Shown: positions 11,216 through 24,261 of the stretch, piece by piece
How the letters are laid out: every line of letters starts with the position of its first letter
Position numbering within the stretch: the first letter of the stretch is position 1
Translations under genes and position numbers: made by a program
NCBI RefSeq assembly: GCF_003334385.1
Contig: NZ_QOWN01000022.1
Reading direction: 5' to 3' (one strand)
DNA: 64,000 bases
From: Escherichia coli
GTDB lineage: Bacteria > Pseudomonadota > Gammaproteobacteria > Enterobacterales > Enterobacteriaceae
Notes under the pieces: model-generated
What the model was told of the DNA's origin: nothing
Database searches by the model: none
The model's input: only the letters and a program-made list of their open reading frames with translations

Positions 11216-13479
11216 CCAGGCCAGTAACGTTATCAGAACCCCATTTCAGCCAGCATACCCTGAACAAGTATGCATCGCTGATGGCGCAGGGGAACGGCTA
11301 TCTTGGGCTTCGCGCCAGCCATGAAGAAGATTACACGCGCCAGACGCGAGGGATGTATCTGGCGGGGCTGTATCATCGGGCGGGAAAAGGTGAAATCAAC
11401 GAACTGGTGAACCTGCCTGATGTCGTGGGGATGGAGATTGCCATAAATGGTGAGGTTTTCTCGTTATCCCACGAAGCCTGGCAGCGTGAGCTTGACTTTG
11501 CCAGTGGCGAATTACGCCGCAATGTTGTCTGGCGTACCAGCAACGGCTCAGGTTACACCATCGCCAGCCGTCGCTTTGTTTCGGCAGACCAACTGCCGCT
11601 CATTGCGCTGGAAATCACTATTACGCCACTGGACGCCGACGCGTCAGTGCTGATTTCAACAGGCATTGACGCCACGCAAACCAATCACGGTCGCCAACAT
11701 CTCGACGAAACCCAGGTGCGGGTGTTTGGTCAGCATCTGATGCAGGGGAGCTACACCACCCAGGATGGACGCAGTGATGTGGCCATCAGCTGTTGCTGTA
11801 AGGTGAGCGGTGATGTGCAGCAATGCTATACCGCCAAAGAGCGCCGTTTACTGCAACATACCAGTGCGCAGCTTCATGCAGGCGAGACAATGACGTTGCA
11901 AAAACTGGTGTGGATCGACTGGCGGGATGACAGGCAAGCTGCTTTAGACGAGTGGGGCAGCGCGTCGCTTCGCCAGCTTGAAATGTGCGCGCAGCAGAGT
12001 TACGACCAACTTCTTGCAGCATCAACAGAAAACTGGCGTCAATGGTGGCAGAAACGTCGTATCACGGTAAATGGCGGCGAAGCGCACGATCAGCAAGCGT
12101 TAGATTATGCGCTTTATCATCTGCGCATCATGACGCCTGCCCACGACGAGCGCAGCAGCATTGCGGCAAAAGGCTTAACCGGCGAAGGCTACAAAGGCCA
12201 CGTTTTCTGGGATACAGAAGTATTTTTGTTACCGTTTCATCTGTTTAGCGATCCGACGGTTGCCCGAAGTTTACTGCGTTATCGCTGGCACAACTTGCCA
12301 GGCGCGCAGGAGAAAGCGCGACGCAACGGCTGGCAGGGCGCGCTATTTCCGTGGGAAAGCGCGCGCAGCGGCGAAGAAGAGACGCCGGAATTTGCCGCCA
12401 TTAACATTCGCACCGGGCTGCGGCAAAAAGTGGCCTCGGCGCAGGCGGAACATCATCTGGTGGCCGATATCGCCTGGGCGGTTATTCAATACTGGCAGAC
12501 CACGGGGGATGAAAGTTTCATTGCGCATGAAGGCATGGCGCTACTTCTGGAGACGGCAAAGTTCTGGATTAGCCGCGCGGTGAGAGTTAACGATCGTCTG
12601 GAAATTCATGATGTTATTGGGCCAGACGAATATACCGAACATGTCAATAATAATGCATACACCAGCTATATGGCCCGCTACAACGTTCAACAGGCGCTGA
12701 ATATTGCCCGCCAGTTCGGCTGTAGCGACGATGCGTTTATCCATCGCGCCGAAATGTTCCTCAAAGAGCTATGGATGCCAGAAATTCAGCCCGACGGCGT
12801 TTTGCCGCAGGATGATTCGTTTATGGCTAAGCCGGCGATTAATCTGGCGAAATACAAAGCGGCGGCGGGGAAGCAAACCATACTGCTGGATTATTCACGC
12901 GCAGAAGTGAACGAGATGCAGATCCTCAAACAAGCTGATGTGGTGATGCTCAATTACATGCTGCCGGAGCAGTTCTCAGCGGCATCGTGTCTTGCCAATC
13001 TGCAATTTTATGAACCGCGCACTATTCACGACTCGTCATTAAGTAAAGCAATCCACGGCATTGTTGCCGCACGCTGTGGCCTGCTGACCCAAAGTTATCA
13101 GTTCTGGCGCGAGGGGACTGAAATCGATCTTGGTGCTGATCCGCATAGTTGTGATGATGGTATCCATGCTGCCGCAACTGGCGCTATCTGGCTGGGGGCG
13201 ATTCAGGGTTTTGCCGGGGTGAGCGTGCGTGACGGTGAATTGCATCTCAATCCGGCGTTACCTGAGCAGTGGCAACAGTTGTCTTTCCCTCTGTTCTGGC
13301 AGGGCTGCGAATTACAGGTCACTCTTGACGCGCAGCGTATTGCGATTCGAACTTCTGCGCCCGTTTCACTGCGTTTGAACGGTCAGCTTATAACCGTGGC
13401 TGAAGAATCTGTTTTCTGTTTGGGTGATTTTATTTTGCCCTTCAATGGGACCGCTACCAAACATCAGGAGGATGAATGA
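11212..13479 (+). CDS. ycjT: GH65-family glycoside phosphorylase (kojibiose phosphorylase)
   Basis: 755-aa ORF overlapping ycjS stop; synteny. Confidence 0.9.
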
Positions 13480-14135
13480 AACTGCAAGGGGTAATTTTCG
13501 ATCTGGATGGTGTAATCACCGATACCGCGCATCTGCATTTCCAGGCGTGGCAGCAGATTGCCGCTGAAATTGGCATCAGCATTGATGCGCAGTTTAACGA
13601 ATCCCTAAAAGGGATCAGCCGCGATGAGTCTCTGCGGCGCATTCTGCAACACGGGGGCAAAGAGGGCGACTTTAACTCGCAGGAGAGGGCGCAACTGGCG
13701 TATCGCAAAAATCTGCTCTATGTCCACTCACTACGCGAGTTGACGGTCAACGCTGTTCTACCCGGCATTCGCTCTTTGCTGGCAGATCTCCGTGCACAGC
13801 AGATCTCGGTTGGGCTGGCTTCTGTCTCCCTGAATGCGCCGACGATTTTAGCGGCGCTGGAGCTGCGCGAGTTTTTCACCTTCTGCGCGGATGCTTCCCA
13901 ACTTAAAAACTCGAAACCGGACCCGGAAATCTTTCTCGCCGCCTGTGCAGGGCTGGGCGTGCCGCCGCAGGCATGTATCGGCATTGAAGATGCGCAGGCG
14001 GGCATTGACGCCATTAACGCCAGCGGTATGCGCTCGGTGGGGATCGGCGCGGGCTTAACCGGGGCGCAATTACTGTTGCCTTCAACGGAATCACTCACCT
14101 GGCCGCGGTTATCGGCCTTCTGGCAAAACGTATAG
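13476..14135 (+). CDS. ycjU: beta-phosphoglucomutase (HAD superfamily)
   Basis: 219-aa ORF with HAD motif [11 protein letters not shown]. Confidence 0.92.
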
Positions 14136-14148
14136 CAAAGGAATCAAC

Positions 14149-15231
14149 ATGGCTCAGCTTTCGTTACAACATATTCAAAAAATCTACGATAACCAGGTGC
14201 ATGTGGTGAAGGACTTCAACCTGGAAATTGCCGATAAAGAGTTCATCGTGTTTGTCGGCCCGTCGGGCTGCGGTAAGTCGACCACCCTGCGCATGATTGC
14301 CGGGCTTGAGGAGATCAGCGGCGGCGATCTGTTGATCGACGGCAAACGAATGAATGACGTTCCAGCCAAAGCACGCAATATAGCGATGGTGTTCCAGAAC
14401 TACGCGTTGTATCCGCATATGACGGTTTACGACAACATGGCGTTTGGTCTGAAGATGCAAAAAATCGCCAAAGAGGTGATTGATGAGCGGGTGAACTGGG
14501 CGGCGCAAATTCTCGGCCTGCGTGAGTACCTGAAACGTAAGCCGGGGGCGCTTTCCGGCGGGCAACGTCAGCGAGTGGCGCTTGGGCGGGCGATTGTACG
14601 CGAAGTGGGCGTGTTTTTAATGGATGAACCGCTCTCTAACCTTGATGCCAAGCTGCGCGTGCAAATGCGCGCAGAGATCAGCAAGCTGCATCAGAAACTG
14701 AACACCACCATGATCTACGTGACCCACGATCAGACCGAAGCGATGACCATGGCGACGCGGATTGTGATTATGAAAGACGGGATTGTTCAGCAAGTAGGTG
14801 CGCCGAAAACCGTTTATAACCAACCCGCGAATATGTTTGTTTCCGGATTTATTGGATCACCAGCGATGAATTTTATTCGCGGCACGATCGATGGCGATAA
14901 ATTCGTTACGGAAACGCTTAAATTAACCATTCCCGAAGAGAAATTAGCGGTTCTGAAAACACAGGAAAGTTTGCATAAGCCCATCGTGATGGGAATACGA
15001 CCGGAAGATATTCATCCGGACGCGCAAGAGGAAAATAACATTTCCGCCAAAATTAGCGTGGCAGAATTAACCGGTGCGGAATTTATGCTCTACACCACGG
15101 TTGGGGGGCACGAGTTAGTGGTCCGTGCTGGTGCGTTAAATGATTATCATGCAGGAGAAAATATCACTATTCATTTTGATATGACGAAATGTCATTTCTT
15201 TGATGCAGAAACGGAAATAGCAATTCGCTAA
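14149..15231 (+). CDS. ycjV: sugar ABC transporter ATP-binding protein (MalK-like), apparently intact
   Basis: 360-aa ORF with Walker A GPSGCGKST, signature LSGGQRQR, Walker B FLMDEPLSNLD. Confidence 0.9.
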   Translation: MAQLSLQHIQKIYDNQVHVVKDFNLEIADKEFIVFVGPSGCGKSTTLRMIAGLEEISGGDLLIDGKRMNDVPAKARNIAMVFQNYALYPHMTVYDNMAFGLKMQKIAKEVIDERVNWAAQILGLREYLKRKPGALSGGQRQRVALGRAIVREVGVFLMDEPLSNLDAKLRVQMRAEISKLHQKLNTTMIYVTHDQTEAMTMATRIVIMKDGIVQQVGAPKTVYNQPANMFVSGFIGSPAMNFIRGTIDGDKFVTETLKLTIPEEKLAVLKTQESLHKPIVMGIRPEDIHPDAQEENNISAKISVAELTGAEFMLYTTVGGHELVVRAGALNDYHAGENITIHFDMTKCHFFDAETEIAIR

Positions 15232-15275
15232 ATACAGGGGGAAGGCATTCCCCCAGGATAATACAAGGAACAATA

Positions 15276-16181
15276 ATGAAAAAGTTATTACCCTGTACCG
15301 CACTGGTGATGTGTGCGGGAATGGCCTGCGCACAGGCCGAGGAAAGGAACGACTGGCACTTTAATATCGGCGCGATGTACGAAATAGAAAACGTCGAGGG
15401 TTATGGCGAAGATATGGATGGGCTGGCGGAGCCTTCAGTCTATTTTAATGCCGCCAACGGGCCGTGGAGAATTGCTCTGGCCTATTATCAGGAAGGGCCG
15501 GTAGATTATAGCGCGGGTAAACGTGGAACGTGGTTTGATCGCCCGGAGCTGGAGGTGCATTATCAGTTCCTCGAAAACGATGATTTCAGTTTCGGCCTGA
15601 CCGGCGGTTTCCGTAATTATGGTTATCACTACGTTGATGAACCGGGTAAAGACACGGCGAATATGCAGCGCTGGAAAATCGCGCCAGACTGGGATGTGAA
15701 ACTGACTGACGATTTACGTTTCAACGGTTGGTTGTCGATGTATAAATTTGCCAACGATCTGAACACTACCGGTTACGCTGATACCCGTGTCGAAACGGAA
15801 ACAGGTCTGCAATATACCTTCAACGAAACGGTTGCCTTGCGAGTGAACTATTATCTCGAGCGCGGCTTCAATATGGACGACAGCCGCAATAACGGTGAGT
15901 TTTCCACGCAAGAAATTCGCGCCTATTTGCCGCTGACGCTCGGCAACCACTCGGTGACGCCGTATACGCGCATTGGGCTGGATCGCTGGAGTAACTGGGA
16001 CTGGCAGGATGATATTGAACGTGAAGGCCATGATTTTAACCGTGTAGGTTTATTTTACGGTTATGATTTCCAGAACGGACTTTCCGTTTCGCTGGAATAC
16101 GCGTTTGAGTGGCAGGATCACGACGAAGGCGACAGTGATAAATTCCATTATGCAGGTGTCGCCGTAAATTACTCGTTCTGA
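15276..16181 (+). CDS. ompG: outer membrane porin OmpG
   Basis: 301-aa ORF with signal peptide, ends in aromatic residue (Phe), sequence recognised. Confidence 0.92.
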   Translation: MKKLLPCTALVMCAGMACAQAEERNDWHFNIGAMYEIENVEGYGEDMDGLAEPSVYFNAANGPWRIALAYYQEGPVDYSAGKRGTWFDRPELEVHYQFLENDDFSFGLTGGFRNYGYHYVDEPGKDTANMQRWKIAPDWDVKLTDDLRFNGWLSMYKFANDLNTTGYADTRVETETGLQYTFNETVALRVNYYLERGFNMDDSRNNGEFSTQEIRAYLPLTLGNHSVTPYTRIGLDRWSNWDWQDDIEREGHDFNRVGLFYGYDFQNGLSVSLEYAFEWQDHDEGDSDKFHYAGVAVNYSF

Positions 16182-16189
16182 TAATGGGC

Positions 16190-16285
16190 TAAATTGCCGG
16201 ATGCGGCGCGAGTACTTTATCCGATCTATAAATGTAGGCCGGATAAGATGCGCTAGCATCGCATCTGGCATTCAGGCAAGGTAGC
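16190..16285. repeat. REP/BIME palindromic repeats
   Basis: gccggatgcggcg ... gtaggccggataagatgcgc ... gcatctggca motifs between convergent ompG and ycjW. Confidence 0.6.
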
Positions 16286-16291
16286 TGGTAT

Positions 16292-17290
16292 TTATTTCAG
16301 CGTCATATGCGTGGCAACGGTAATATTCTGTGGTGACGGTTTTCCAGAAATTAAGCGGAATAATAACTCGCAGCTTTGTTGACCTAACTCCTGCGTCGGA
16401 ACATCGATGCCGCCCGGTGCAGGCGTTAAAATAAATGACAGCGTTTCATTGCTATAACCCACCACCGCTAACTGCTGCGGAATAGCAATATTTTTCTCTG
16501 CTGCCGCACGATAAATGCTCATTAATTTCAGGCTGTCAGTGGCAAACACCGCCTCAGGCAACGGTGACTGGCTTAATAATTGCCGTGCTGCTTTTAATGC
16601 AGTTTCATGGGTATAACCGCCATCAACAATCCATTCATCACGCACTGCAATATTATGCGCAGCCAGGCTCTGCTTATAACCATTAACGCGATCAACCGAA
16701 ACATGGACATCAAGCGGAGCATGCAGGCAGGCAATATTTTGATGCCCACTTTCAATTAATGCATCGGTCAACGCAATGCTGTCGCCAAAATTATCGGTAT
16801 CGACAGAATAAACATGGGCATATTGACCTTCAACTTTGCCAATCACCACCACCGGAATATCATATTTATCGAGTTGGGCAAAAAATGACTCATCCGCTGG
16901 CGAACTGAGCATAATAATGCCTTTAATCATTTTCTGCTTAATTTTGCTTTCGCATTTTTGCAGATCTTCTGCCGGATTGTGCGACGTTTGTAATATCACG
17001 TCGAAACCTTCTTCTTCAGCTTTGGCGGTGATGGCATGCAAAACTTCAGAGAAAAACGGATTACCCGCCGTAGTTTTGGTCGAACGGGTAGAAATCACCA
17101 TAATGGCATCAAAACCCGAAGAGGTCAGCGCGCGGGCCAGCTTGTTTGGCTGATACTGTAATTCTTCAATGGCCCGTAACACTTTTTCGCGCGCTTCCGG
17201 GGAGATATTAGTTTGCTTATTCAGCACGCGTGATACGGTGGATTTTGATACGCCTGCAACCCTGGCAATATCATAAATAGTAGGGGACAT
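16292..17290 (-). CDS. ycjW: LacI-family transcriptional regulator
   Basis: 332-aa ORF; N-terminal HTH ([21 protein letters not shown]). Confidence 0.9.
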
Positions 17291-17445
17291 AGGTCAGGAA
17301 CTCCGTCCGAACGTGAATGCTGCACATCTTATGGAGTTCGCCGGTCGATGACAACACGGGCAGTTGATAATCAATGGCCTGGCCCCCACATTCATATCCT
17401 TACGAATGATTTTTTTTCTGGTCTTCAGAGCAGCACAGGACAGCA

Positions 17446-18843
17446 ATGAAGCGACTTAAAAATGAACTCAATGCGCTGGTGAATCGGGGTGTCGACAGAC
17501 ATCTGCGCCTCGCTGTAACCGGACTTAGCCGCAGCGGCAAAACAGCGTTTATCACCGCGATGGTTAATCAGTTGCTTAATATTCACGCCGGAGCACGTTT
17601 GCCGCTGTTAAGTGCGGTGCGTGAAGAGCGCCTGCTGGGCGTGAAACGCATTCCCCAGCGTGACTTTGGCATTCCGCGCTTCACCTATGACGAAGGGCTG
17701 GCGCAGTTATATGGCGATCCACCCGCCTGGCCAACGCCAACGCGCGGCGTCAGTGAAATCCGCCTGGCGCTACGTTTTAAATCGAATGATTCGCTGCTAC
17801 GCCACTTTAAGGATACCTCCACGCTGTATCTGGAAATTGTGGATTATCCCGGCGAATGGTTGCTCGACCTGCCGATGCTGGCGCAGGACTATTTAAGCTG
17901 GTCGCGCCAGATGACGGGCTTACTCAATGGTCAGCGCGGAGAATGGTCGGCGAAATGGCGAATGATGAGCGAAGGGCTGGACCCGCTAGCGCCTGCCGAC
18001 GAAAACCGGCTGGCGGACATTGCCGCCGCGTGGACCGATTATCTCCACCACTGTAAAGAGCAGGGGCTGCACTTTATTCAGCCTGGGCGCTTTGTCTTGC
18101 CGGGAGATATGGCAGGTGCGCCCGCGCTGCAATTCTTCCCGTGGCCGGATGTCGATACCTGGGGCGAGTCCAAACTGGCGCAGGCCGATAAGCATACCAA
18201 TGCCGGAATGCTGCGCGAGCGCTTTAATTATTACTGCGAGAAGGTGGTGAAGGGGTTCTATAAGAATCATTTTCTGCGCTTTGACCGCCAGATTGTGCTG
18301 GTGGATTGCCTGCAACCTCTCAACAGTGGGCCACAGGCATTTAATGATATGCGTCTGGCACTGACGCAGCTGATGCAAAGTTTTCACTACGGGCAGCGTA
18401 CCCTGTTCCGGCGTTTGTTTTCGCCGGTTATCGATAAGCTATTGTTTGCTGCCACTAAAGCGGACCATGTGACCATCGATCAGCACGCTAATATGGTTTC
18501 ATTACTGCAACAACTGATTCAGGATGCCTGGCAAAATGCGGCGTTCGAAGGGATCAGCATGGACTGCCTGGGGCTGGCGTCAGTTCAGGCGACCACCAGC
18601 GGCATTATTGATGTTAACGGTGAGAAAATCCCGGCGCTGCGTGGTAATCGACTTAGCGATGGCGCACCGCTCACTGTTTATCCTGGCGAAGTTCCCGCAC
18701 GTTTGCCTGGTCAGGCGTTCTGGGATAAGCAAGGCTTCCAGTTTGAGGCATTTCGTCCGCAGGTGATGGATGTCGACAAACCACTACCGCATATTCGTCT
18801 TGATGCTGCGCTGGAATTTTTAATAGGAGATAAATTGCGATGA
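17446..18843 (+). CDS. ycjX: conserved P-loop protein (YcjX family)
   Basis: 465-aa ORF, Walker A GLSRSGKT; synteny. Confidence 0.88.
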   Translation: MKRLKNELNALVNRGVDRHLRLAVTGLSRSGKTAFITAMVNQLLNIHAGARLPLLSAVREERLLGVKRIPQRDFGIPRFTYDEGLAQLYGDPPAWPTPTRGVSEIRLALRFKSNDSLLRHFKDTSTLYLEIVDYPGEWLLDLPMLAQDYLSWSRQMTGLLNGQRGEWSAKWRMMSEGLDPLAPADENRLADIAAAWTDYLHHCKEQGLHFIQPGRFVLPGDMAGAPALQFFPWPDVDTWGESKLAQADKHTNAGMLRERFNYYCEKVVKGFYKNHFLRFDRQIVLVDCLQPLNSGPQAFNDMRLALTQLMQSFHYGQRTLFRRLFSPVIDKLLFAATKADHVTIDQHANMVSLLQQLIQDAWQNAAFEGISMDCLGLASVQATTSGIIDVNGEKIPALRGNRLSDGAPLTVYPGEVPARLPGQAFWDKQGFQFEAFRPQVMDVDKPLPHIRLDAALEFLIGDKLR

Positions 18844-19901
18844 CCGAACCGTTAAAACCACGTATTGATTTCGACGGTCCTCTGGAGGTCGATCAGAATC
18901 CTAAATTCAGGGCGCAGCAGACCTTTGACGAAAATCAGGCGCAAAATTTTGCCCCGGCCACGCTCGACGAAGCGCAGGAAGAAGAGGGGCAAGTCGAAGC
19001 GGTAATGGACGCAGCGTTACGTCCGAAACGCAGCCTGTGGCGCAAAATGGTGATGGGAGGGCTGGCTCTGTTTGGCGCAAGCGTTGTCGGGCAGGGTGTA
19101 CAGTGGACAATGAATGCCTGGCAAACCCAGGACTGGGTGGCGCTGGGTGGATGTGCCGCTGGGGCATTGATTATCGGCGCTGGCGTAGGTTCTGTGGTAA
19201 CAGAGTGGCGGCGCTTATGGCGCTTGCGACAGCGCGCCCATGAACGCGACGAAGCGCGTGATTTATTGCATAGCCACGGCACGGGCAAAGGCCGCGCATT
19301 TTGCGAAAAACTGGCGCAGCAGGCGGGTATTGATCAGTCGCATCCGGCGCTGCAACGCTGGTATGCCTCAATCCATGAAACGCAAAACGACCGTGAAGTG
19401 GTCAGCCTGTATGCGCATTTGGTCCAGCCAGTTTTAGATGCCCAGGCGCGGCGCGAAATCAGCCGTTCGGCGGCGGAATCAACGTTGATGATTGCGGTCA
19501 GCCCGCTGGCGTTGGTCGATATGGCGTTTATCGCCTGGCGCAATCTGCGTTTAATTAATCGCATCGCCACGCTGTATGGCATTGAACTGGGGTATTACAG
19601 CCGTTTGCGTCTGTTTAAGCTGGTATTGCTGAATATCGCTTTTGCCGGAGCCAGCGAACTGGTGCGCGAAGTGGGGATGGACTGGATGTCGCAAGATCTC
19701 GCTGCTCGTTTGTCTACCCGCGCAGCTCAGGGGATTGGTGCAGGACTTCTGACGGCACGACTCGGGATTAAAGCTATGGAGCTTTGCCGCCCGCTGCCGT
19801 GGATTGACGATGACAAACCTCGCCTCGGGGATTTCCGTCGTCAGCTTATCGGTCAGGTGAAAGAAACGCTGCAAAAAGGCAAAACGCCCAGCGAAAAATA
19901 A
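18840..19901 (+). CDS. ycjF: inner membrane protein (YcjF family)
   Basis: 353-aa ORF overlapping ycjX stop; TM segments. Confidence 0.88.
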   Translation: MTEPLKPRIDFDGPLEVDQNPKFRAQQTFDENQAQNFAPATLDEAQEEEGQVEAVMDAALRPKRSLWRKMVMGGLALFGASVVGQGVQWTMNAWQTQDWVALGGCAAGALIIGAGVGSVVTEWRRLWRLRQRAHERDEARDLLHSHGTGKGRAFCEKLAQQAGIDQSHPALQRWYASIHETQNDREVVSLYAHLVQPVLDAQARREISRSAAESTLMIAVSPLALVDMAFIAWRNLRLINRIATLYGIELGYYSRLRLFKLVLLNIAFAGASELVREVGMDWMSQDLAARLSTRAAQGIGAGLLTARLGIKAMELCRPLPWIDDDKPRLGDFRRQLIGQVKETLQKGKTPSEK

Positions 19902-19960
19902 TGCAATATCGGGTGCTGACCGGATATCTTTACGCCGAAGTGCCCGTTTTTCCGTCTTTG

Positions 19961-19978
19961 TGTCAATGATTGTTGACA
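19961..19978. promoter_or_regulatory. TyrR box-like palindrome in tyrR promoter region
   Basis: TGTCAA-N6-TTGACA, close to TyrR box consensus TGTAAA-N6-TTTACA, about 70 nt upstream of tyrR start. Confidence 0.55.
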
Positions 19979-20048
19979 GAAACCTTCCTGCTATCCAAAT
20001 AGTGTCATATCATCATATTAATTGTTCTTTTTTCAGGTGAAGGTTCCC

Positions 20049-21590
20049 ATGCGTCTGGAAGTCTTTTGTGAAGACCGACTCGGTCTGACCCGCGAATTAC
20101 TCGATCTACTCGTGCTAAGAGGCATTGATTTACGCGGTATTGAGATTGATCCCATTGGGCGAATCTACCTCAATTTTGCTGAACTGGAGTTTGAGAGTTT
20201 CAGCAGTCTGATGGCCGAAATACGCCGTATTGCGGGTGTTACCGATGTGCGTACTGTCCCGTGGATGCCTTCCGAACGTGAGCATCTGGCGTTGAGCGCG
20301 TTACTGGAGGCGTTGCCTGAACCTGTGCTCTCTGTCGATATGAAAAGCAAAGTGGATATGGCGAACCCGGCGAGCTGTCAGCTTTTTGGGCAAAAATTGG
20401 ATCGCCTGCGCAACCATACCGCCGCACAATTGATTAACGGCTTTAATTTTTTACGTTGGCTGGAAAGCGAACCGCAAGATTCGCATAACGAGCATGTCGT
20501 TATTAATGGGCAGAATTTCCTGATGGAGATTACGCCTGTTTATCTTCAGGATGAAAATGATCAACACGTCCTGACCGGTGCGGTGGTGATGTTGCGATCA
20601 ACGATTCGTATGGGCCGCCAGTTGCAAAATGTCGCCGCCCAGGACGTCAGCGCCTTCAGTCAAATTGTCGCCGTCAGCCCGAAAATGAAGCATGTTGTCG
20701 AACAGGCGCAGAAACTGGCGATGCTAAGCGCGCCGCTGCTGATTACGGGTGACACAGGTACAGGTAAAGATCTCTTTGCCTACGCCTGCCATCAGGCAAG
20801 CCCCAGAGCGGGCAAACCTTACCTGGCGCTGAACTGTGCGTCTATACCGGAAGATGCGGTCGAGAGTGAACTGTTTGGTCATGCTCCGGAAGGGAAGAAA
20901 GGATTCTTTGAGCAGGCGAACGGTGGTTCGGTGCTGTTGGATGAAATAGGGGAAATGTCACCACGGATGCAGGCGAAATTACTGCGTTTCCTTAATGATG
21001 GCACTTTCCGTCGGGTTGGCGAAGACCATGAGGTGCATGTCGATGTGCGGGTGATTTGCGCTACGCAGAAGAATCTGGTCGAACTGGTGCAAAAAGGCAT
21101 GTTCCGTGAAGATCTCTATTATCGTCTGAACGTGTTGACGCTCAATCTGCCGCCGCTACGTGACTGTCCGCAGGACATCATGCCGTTAACTGAGCTGTTC
21201 GTCGCCCGCTTTGCCGACGAGCAGGGCGTGCCGCGTCCGAAACTGGCCGCTGACCTGAATACTGTACTTACGCGTTATGCGTGGCCGGGAAATGTGCGGC
21301 AGTTAAAGAACGCTATCTATCGCGCACTGACACAACTGGACGGTTATGAGCTGCGTCCACAGGATATTTTGTTGCCGGATTATGACGCCGCAACGGTAGC
21401 CGTGGGCGAAGATGCGATGGAAGGTTCGCTGGACGAAATCACCAGCCGTTTTGAACGCTCGGTATTAACCCAGCTTTATCGCAATTATCCCAGCACGCGC
21501 AAACTGGCAAAACGTCTCGGCGTTTCACATACCGCGATTGCCAATAAGTTGCGGGAATATGGTCTGAGTCAGAAGAAGAACGAAGAGTAA
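20049..21590 (+). CDS. tyrR: aromatic amino acid regulon regulator TyrR (sigma54-type AAA+ fold, HTH)
   Basis: ORF track 20022..21590; recognised TyrR start MRLEVFCEDRLGL at ATG 20049. Confidence 0.93.
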   Translation: MRLEVFCEDRLGLTRELLDLLVLRGIDLRGIEIDPIGRIYLNFAELEFESFSSLMAEIRRIAGVTDVRTVPWMPSEREHLALSALLEALPEPVLSVDMKSKVDMANPASCQLFGQKLDRLRNHTAAQLINGFNFLRWLESEPQDSHNEHVVINGQNFLMEITPVYLQDENDQHVLTGAVVMLRSTIRMGRQLQNVAAQDVSAFSQIVAVSPKMKHVVEQAQKLAMLSAPLLITGDTGTGKDLFAYACHQASPRAGKPYLALNCASIPEDAVESELFGHAPEGKKGFFEQANGGSVLLDEIGEMSPRMQAKLLRFLNDGTFRRVGEDHEVHVDVRVICATQKNLVELVQKGMFREDLYYRLNVLTLNLPPLRDCPQDIMPLTELFVARFADEQGVPRPKLAADLNTVLTRYAWPGNVRQLKNAIYRALTQLDGYELRPQDILLPDYDAATVAVGEDAMEGSLDEITSRFERSVLTQLYRNYPSTRKLAKRLGVSHTAIANKLREYGLSQKKNEE

Positions 21591-21595
21591 GCGCG

Positions 21596-21630
21596 AATAT
21601 GCCTGATGGTGCAACACCATCAGGCATATT
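21596..21630. terminator. bidirectional intrinsic terminator between convergent tyrR and tpx
   Basis: near-perfect hairpin aatatgcctgatggtg-caa-caccatcaggcatatt. Confidence 0.8.
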
Positions 21631-21633
21631 AAA

Positions 21634-22140
21634 TTATGCTTTCAGTACAGCCAGAGCTGCTTCGTAATCCGGCTCGGTGGTGATTTCATCCACCAGCTGG
21701 CTGAAAATCACATTGTCATTTTCGTCAATAACCACAACGGCACGCGCTGCCAGACCTTTCAGTGGGCCATCAGCAATTGCCACACCGTAAGCTTGCAGAA
21801 ATTCAGCGTTACGGAAAGTGGAGAGGGTGATAACGTTGTTCAGACCTTCTGCGCCGCAGAAACGAGACTGGGCGAACGGCAGATCGGCAGAGATACACAG
21901 CACAACGGTGTTGTCGATCTCAGTTGCCAGTTGGTTAAACTTACGTACTGATGCGGCGCAAACACCGGTATCAATACTCGGGAAAATGTTCAGCACTTTG
22001 CGTTTACCCGCAAACTGACCGAGGGTGACGTCAGACAGATCTTTTGCCACGAGAGTAAAAGTCTGCGCTTTGCTACCCGCCTGCGGGATGGAATTGGCGA
22101 CTGTAACCGGGTTGCCCTGGAAATGAACGGTTTGTGACAT
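21634..22140 (-). CDS. tpx: thiol peroxidase
   Basis: 168-aa ORF, sequence recognised. Confidence 0.93.
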   Translation of the reverse strand: MSQTVHFQGNPVTVANSIPQAGSKAQTFTLVAKDLSDVTLGQFAGKRKVLNIFPSIDTGVCAASVRKFNQLATEIDNTVVLCISADLPFAQSRFCGAEGLNNVITLSTFRNAEFLQAYGVAIADGPLKGLAARAVVVIDENDNVIFSQLVDEITTEPDYEAALAVLKA

Positions 22141-22248
22141 GATTATCTTTCCTGTTTACATATAGTTAACGTCACACCTAGTTTATGCTAACTGTCAATA
22201 ACACAGCAAACGCTATTTGCGCTTAATCCGCAGACCACCGCGACAACA

Positions 22249-23198
<950 letters not shown>

Positions 23199-23224
<26 letters not shown>

Positions 23225-23927
23225 GATGCCAGCGCAGCAAGTTTGCCATCGCAAAGAGATATTTTTCGCTGGCTTCGTCGGAGGAGATGGGCGGAAACTC
23301 TGCGGTGATGCAATGCAAGTTCAGATCTGCACACCAACTGCCGAAAGAGCCAGGCGTTTCATAACCGACGCTGGTTACCAGAGGCAATTCAAACGCCTGA
23401 GCCAGCCATTCGCCTAATTCGCTGTGTCTGGGATCTTCAATACAGGCCAGTGGATCGTGGAATGAGACCACCCAGGCAGGTTGAATGCGGTGTATAAGCT
23501 GGCACAGCGCCTGGGTTTCAGGTTCGGAGCCAGGTTTGTCACCTGTCAGTAATACGACATCGCGTTCTTCAGCGGCGCTGTTCCAGCGATAAACGGTTTC
23601 ACCTTCCTTCCAGTTCGCCGCCGGAAAGTTTCTGTTTAAATCCACACCATTAGCATTGGCCCGTAACCCCAACTGGCAGCCGTCAGGATTCACACACAGC
23701 ACCACATGATGACGGCGCAAAGAAGGTGTCAACGTCCGCAGAGCACAGGAGAGCGTGACGACCGAAGAGTTTTCATCACCGTGAGTGCCAGCCAGAATCA
23801 AACCACTTTCGCGGCTGGCTGCAGGGGCAGGAAACCAGATTAACGGCGCGCCCAATAATGAACGTCCGTAATGTTCTGTTCCGGGCGGAAATGCGCCGCG
23901 TTCGGCGCGTGGGCGGGTTACGGTCAT
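23199..23927 (-). CDS. mpaA: murein tripeptide amidase (zinc carboxypeptidase family)
   Basis: ORF track 23199..23987; recognised start MTVTRPRAERG at internal Met. Confidence 0.88.
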
Positions 23928-24008
23928 GATCGTCTCTGGTTCAGGAAGTATTACAGGCAGTGTTGTGCAAATTTTGCGGATTATCAAATCCTTTTCTTCA
24001 ACGCTATG

Positions 24009-24191
24009 TCATCGATCTTGTATCACTTTTTTGCCGGAAGTTGTTTGCATTTTATTAGTTGGATAGGGTTTGTGGATTTTTGCTGGCTGACGGGCAAATA
24101 AAGTTTGTTTAATGGTTTGCTTATCTGCCAGTTGATTAATCACATGGCGGGCTATCTGACCGCCAGCACCAAGAATCAGTACATTTTTCAT
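24009..24191 (-). CDS. ymjC: small NAD-binding-fold fragment protein
   Basis: 60-aa ORF with Rossmann-like MKNVLILGAGGQIARHV; position between ycjY and mpaA. Confidence 0.6.
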   Translation of the reverse strand: MKNVLILGAGGQIARHVINQLADKQTIKQTLFARQPAKIHKPYPTNKMQTTSGKKVIQDR

Positions 24192-24261
24192 GAAAATTAT
24201 CCCAGATTATTGGCAGCAATATGCCAGTCCATATCACTATTGCGGATTTGAATATGTTTCA

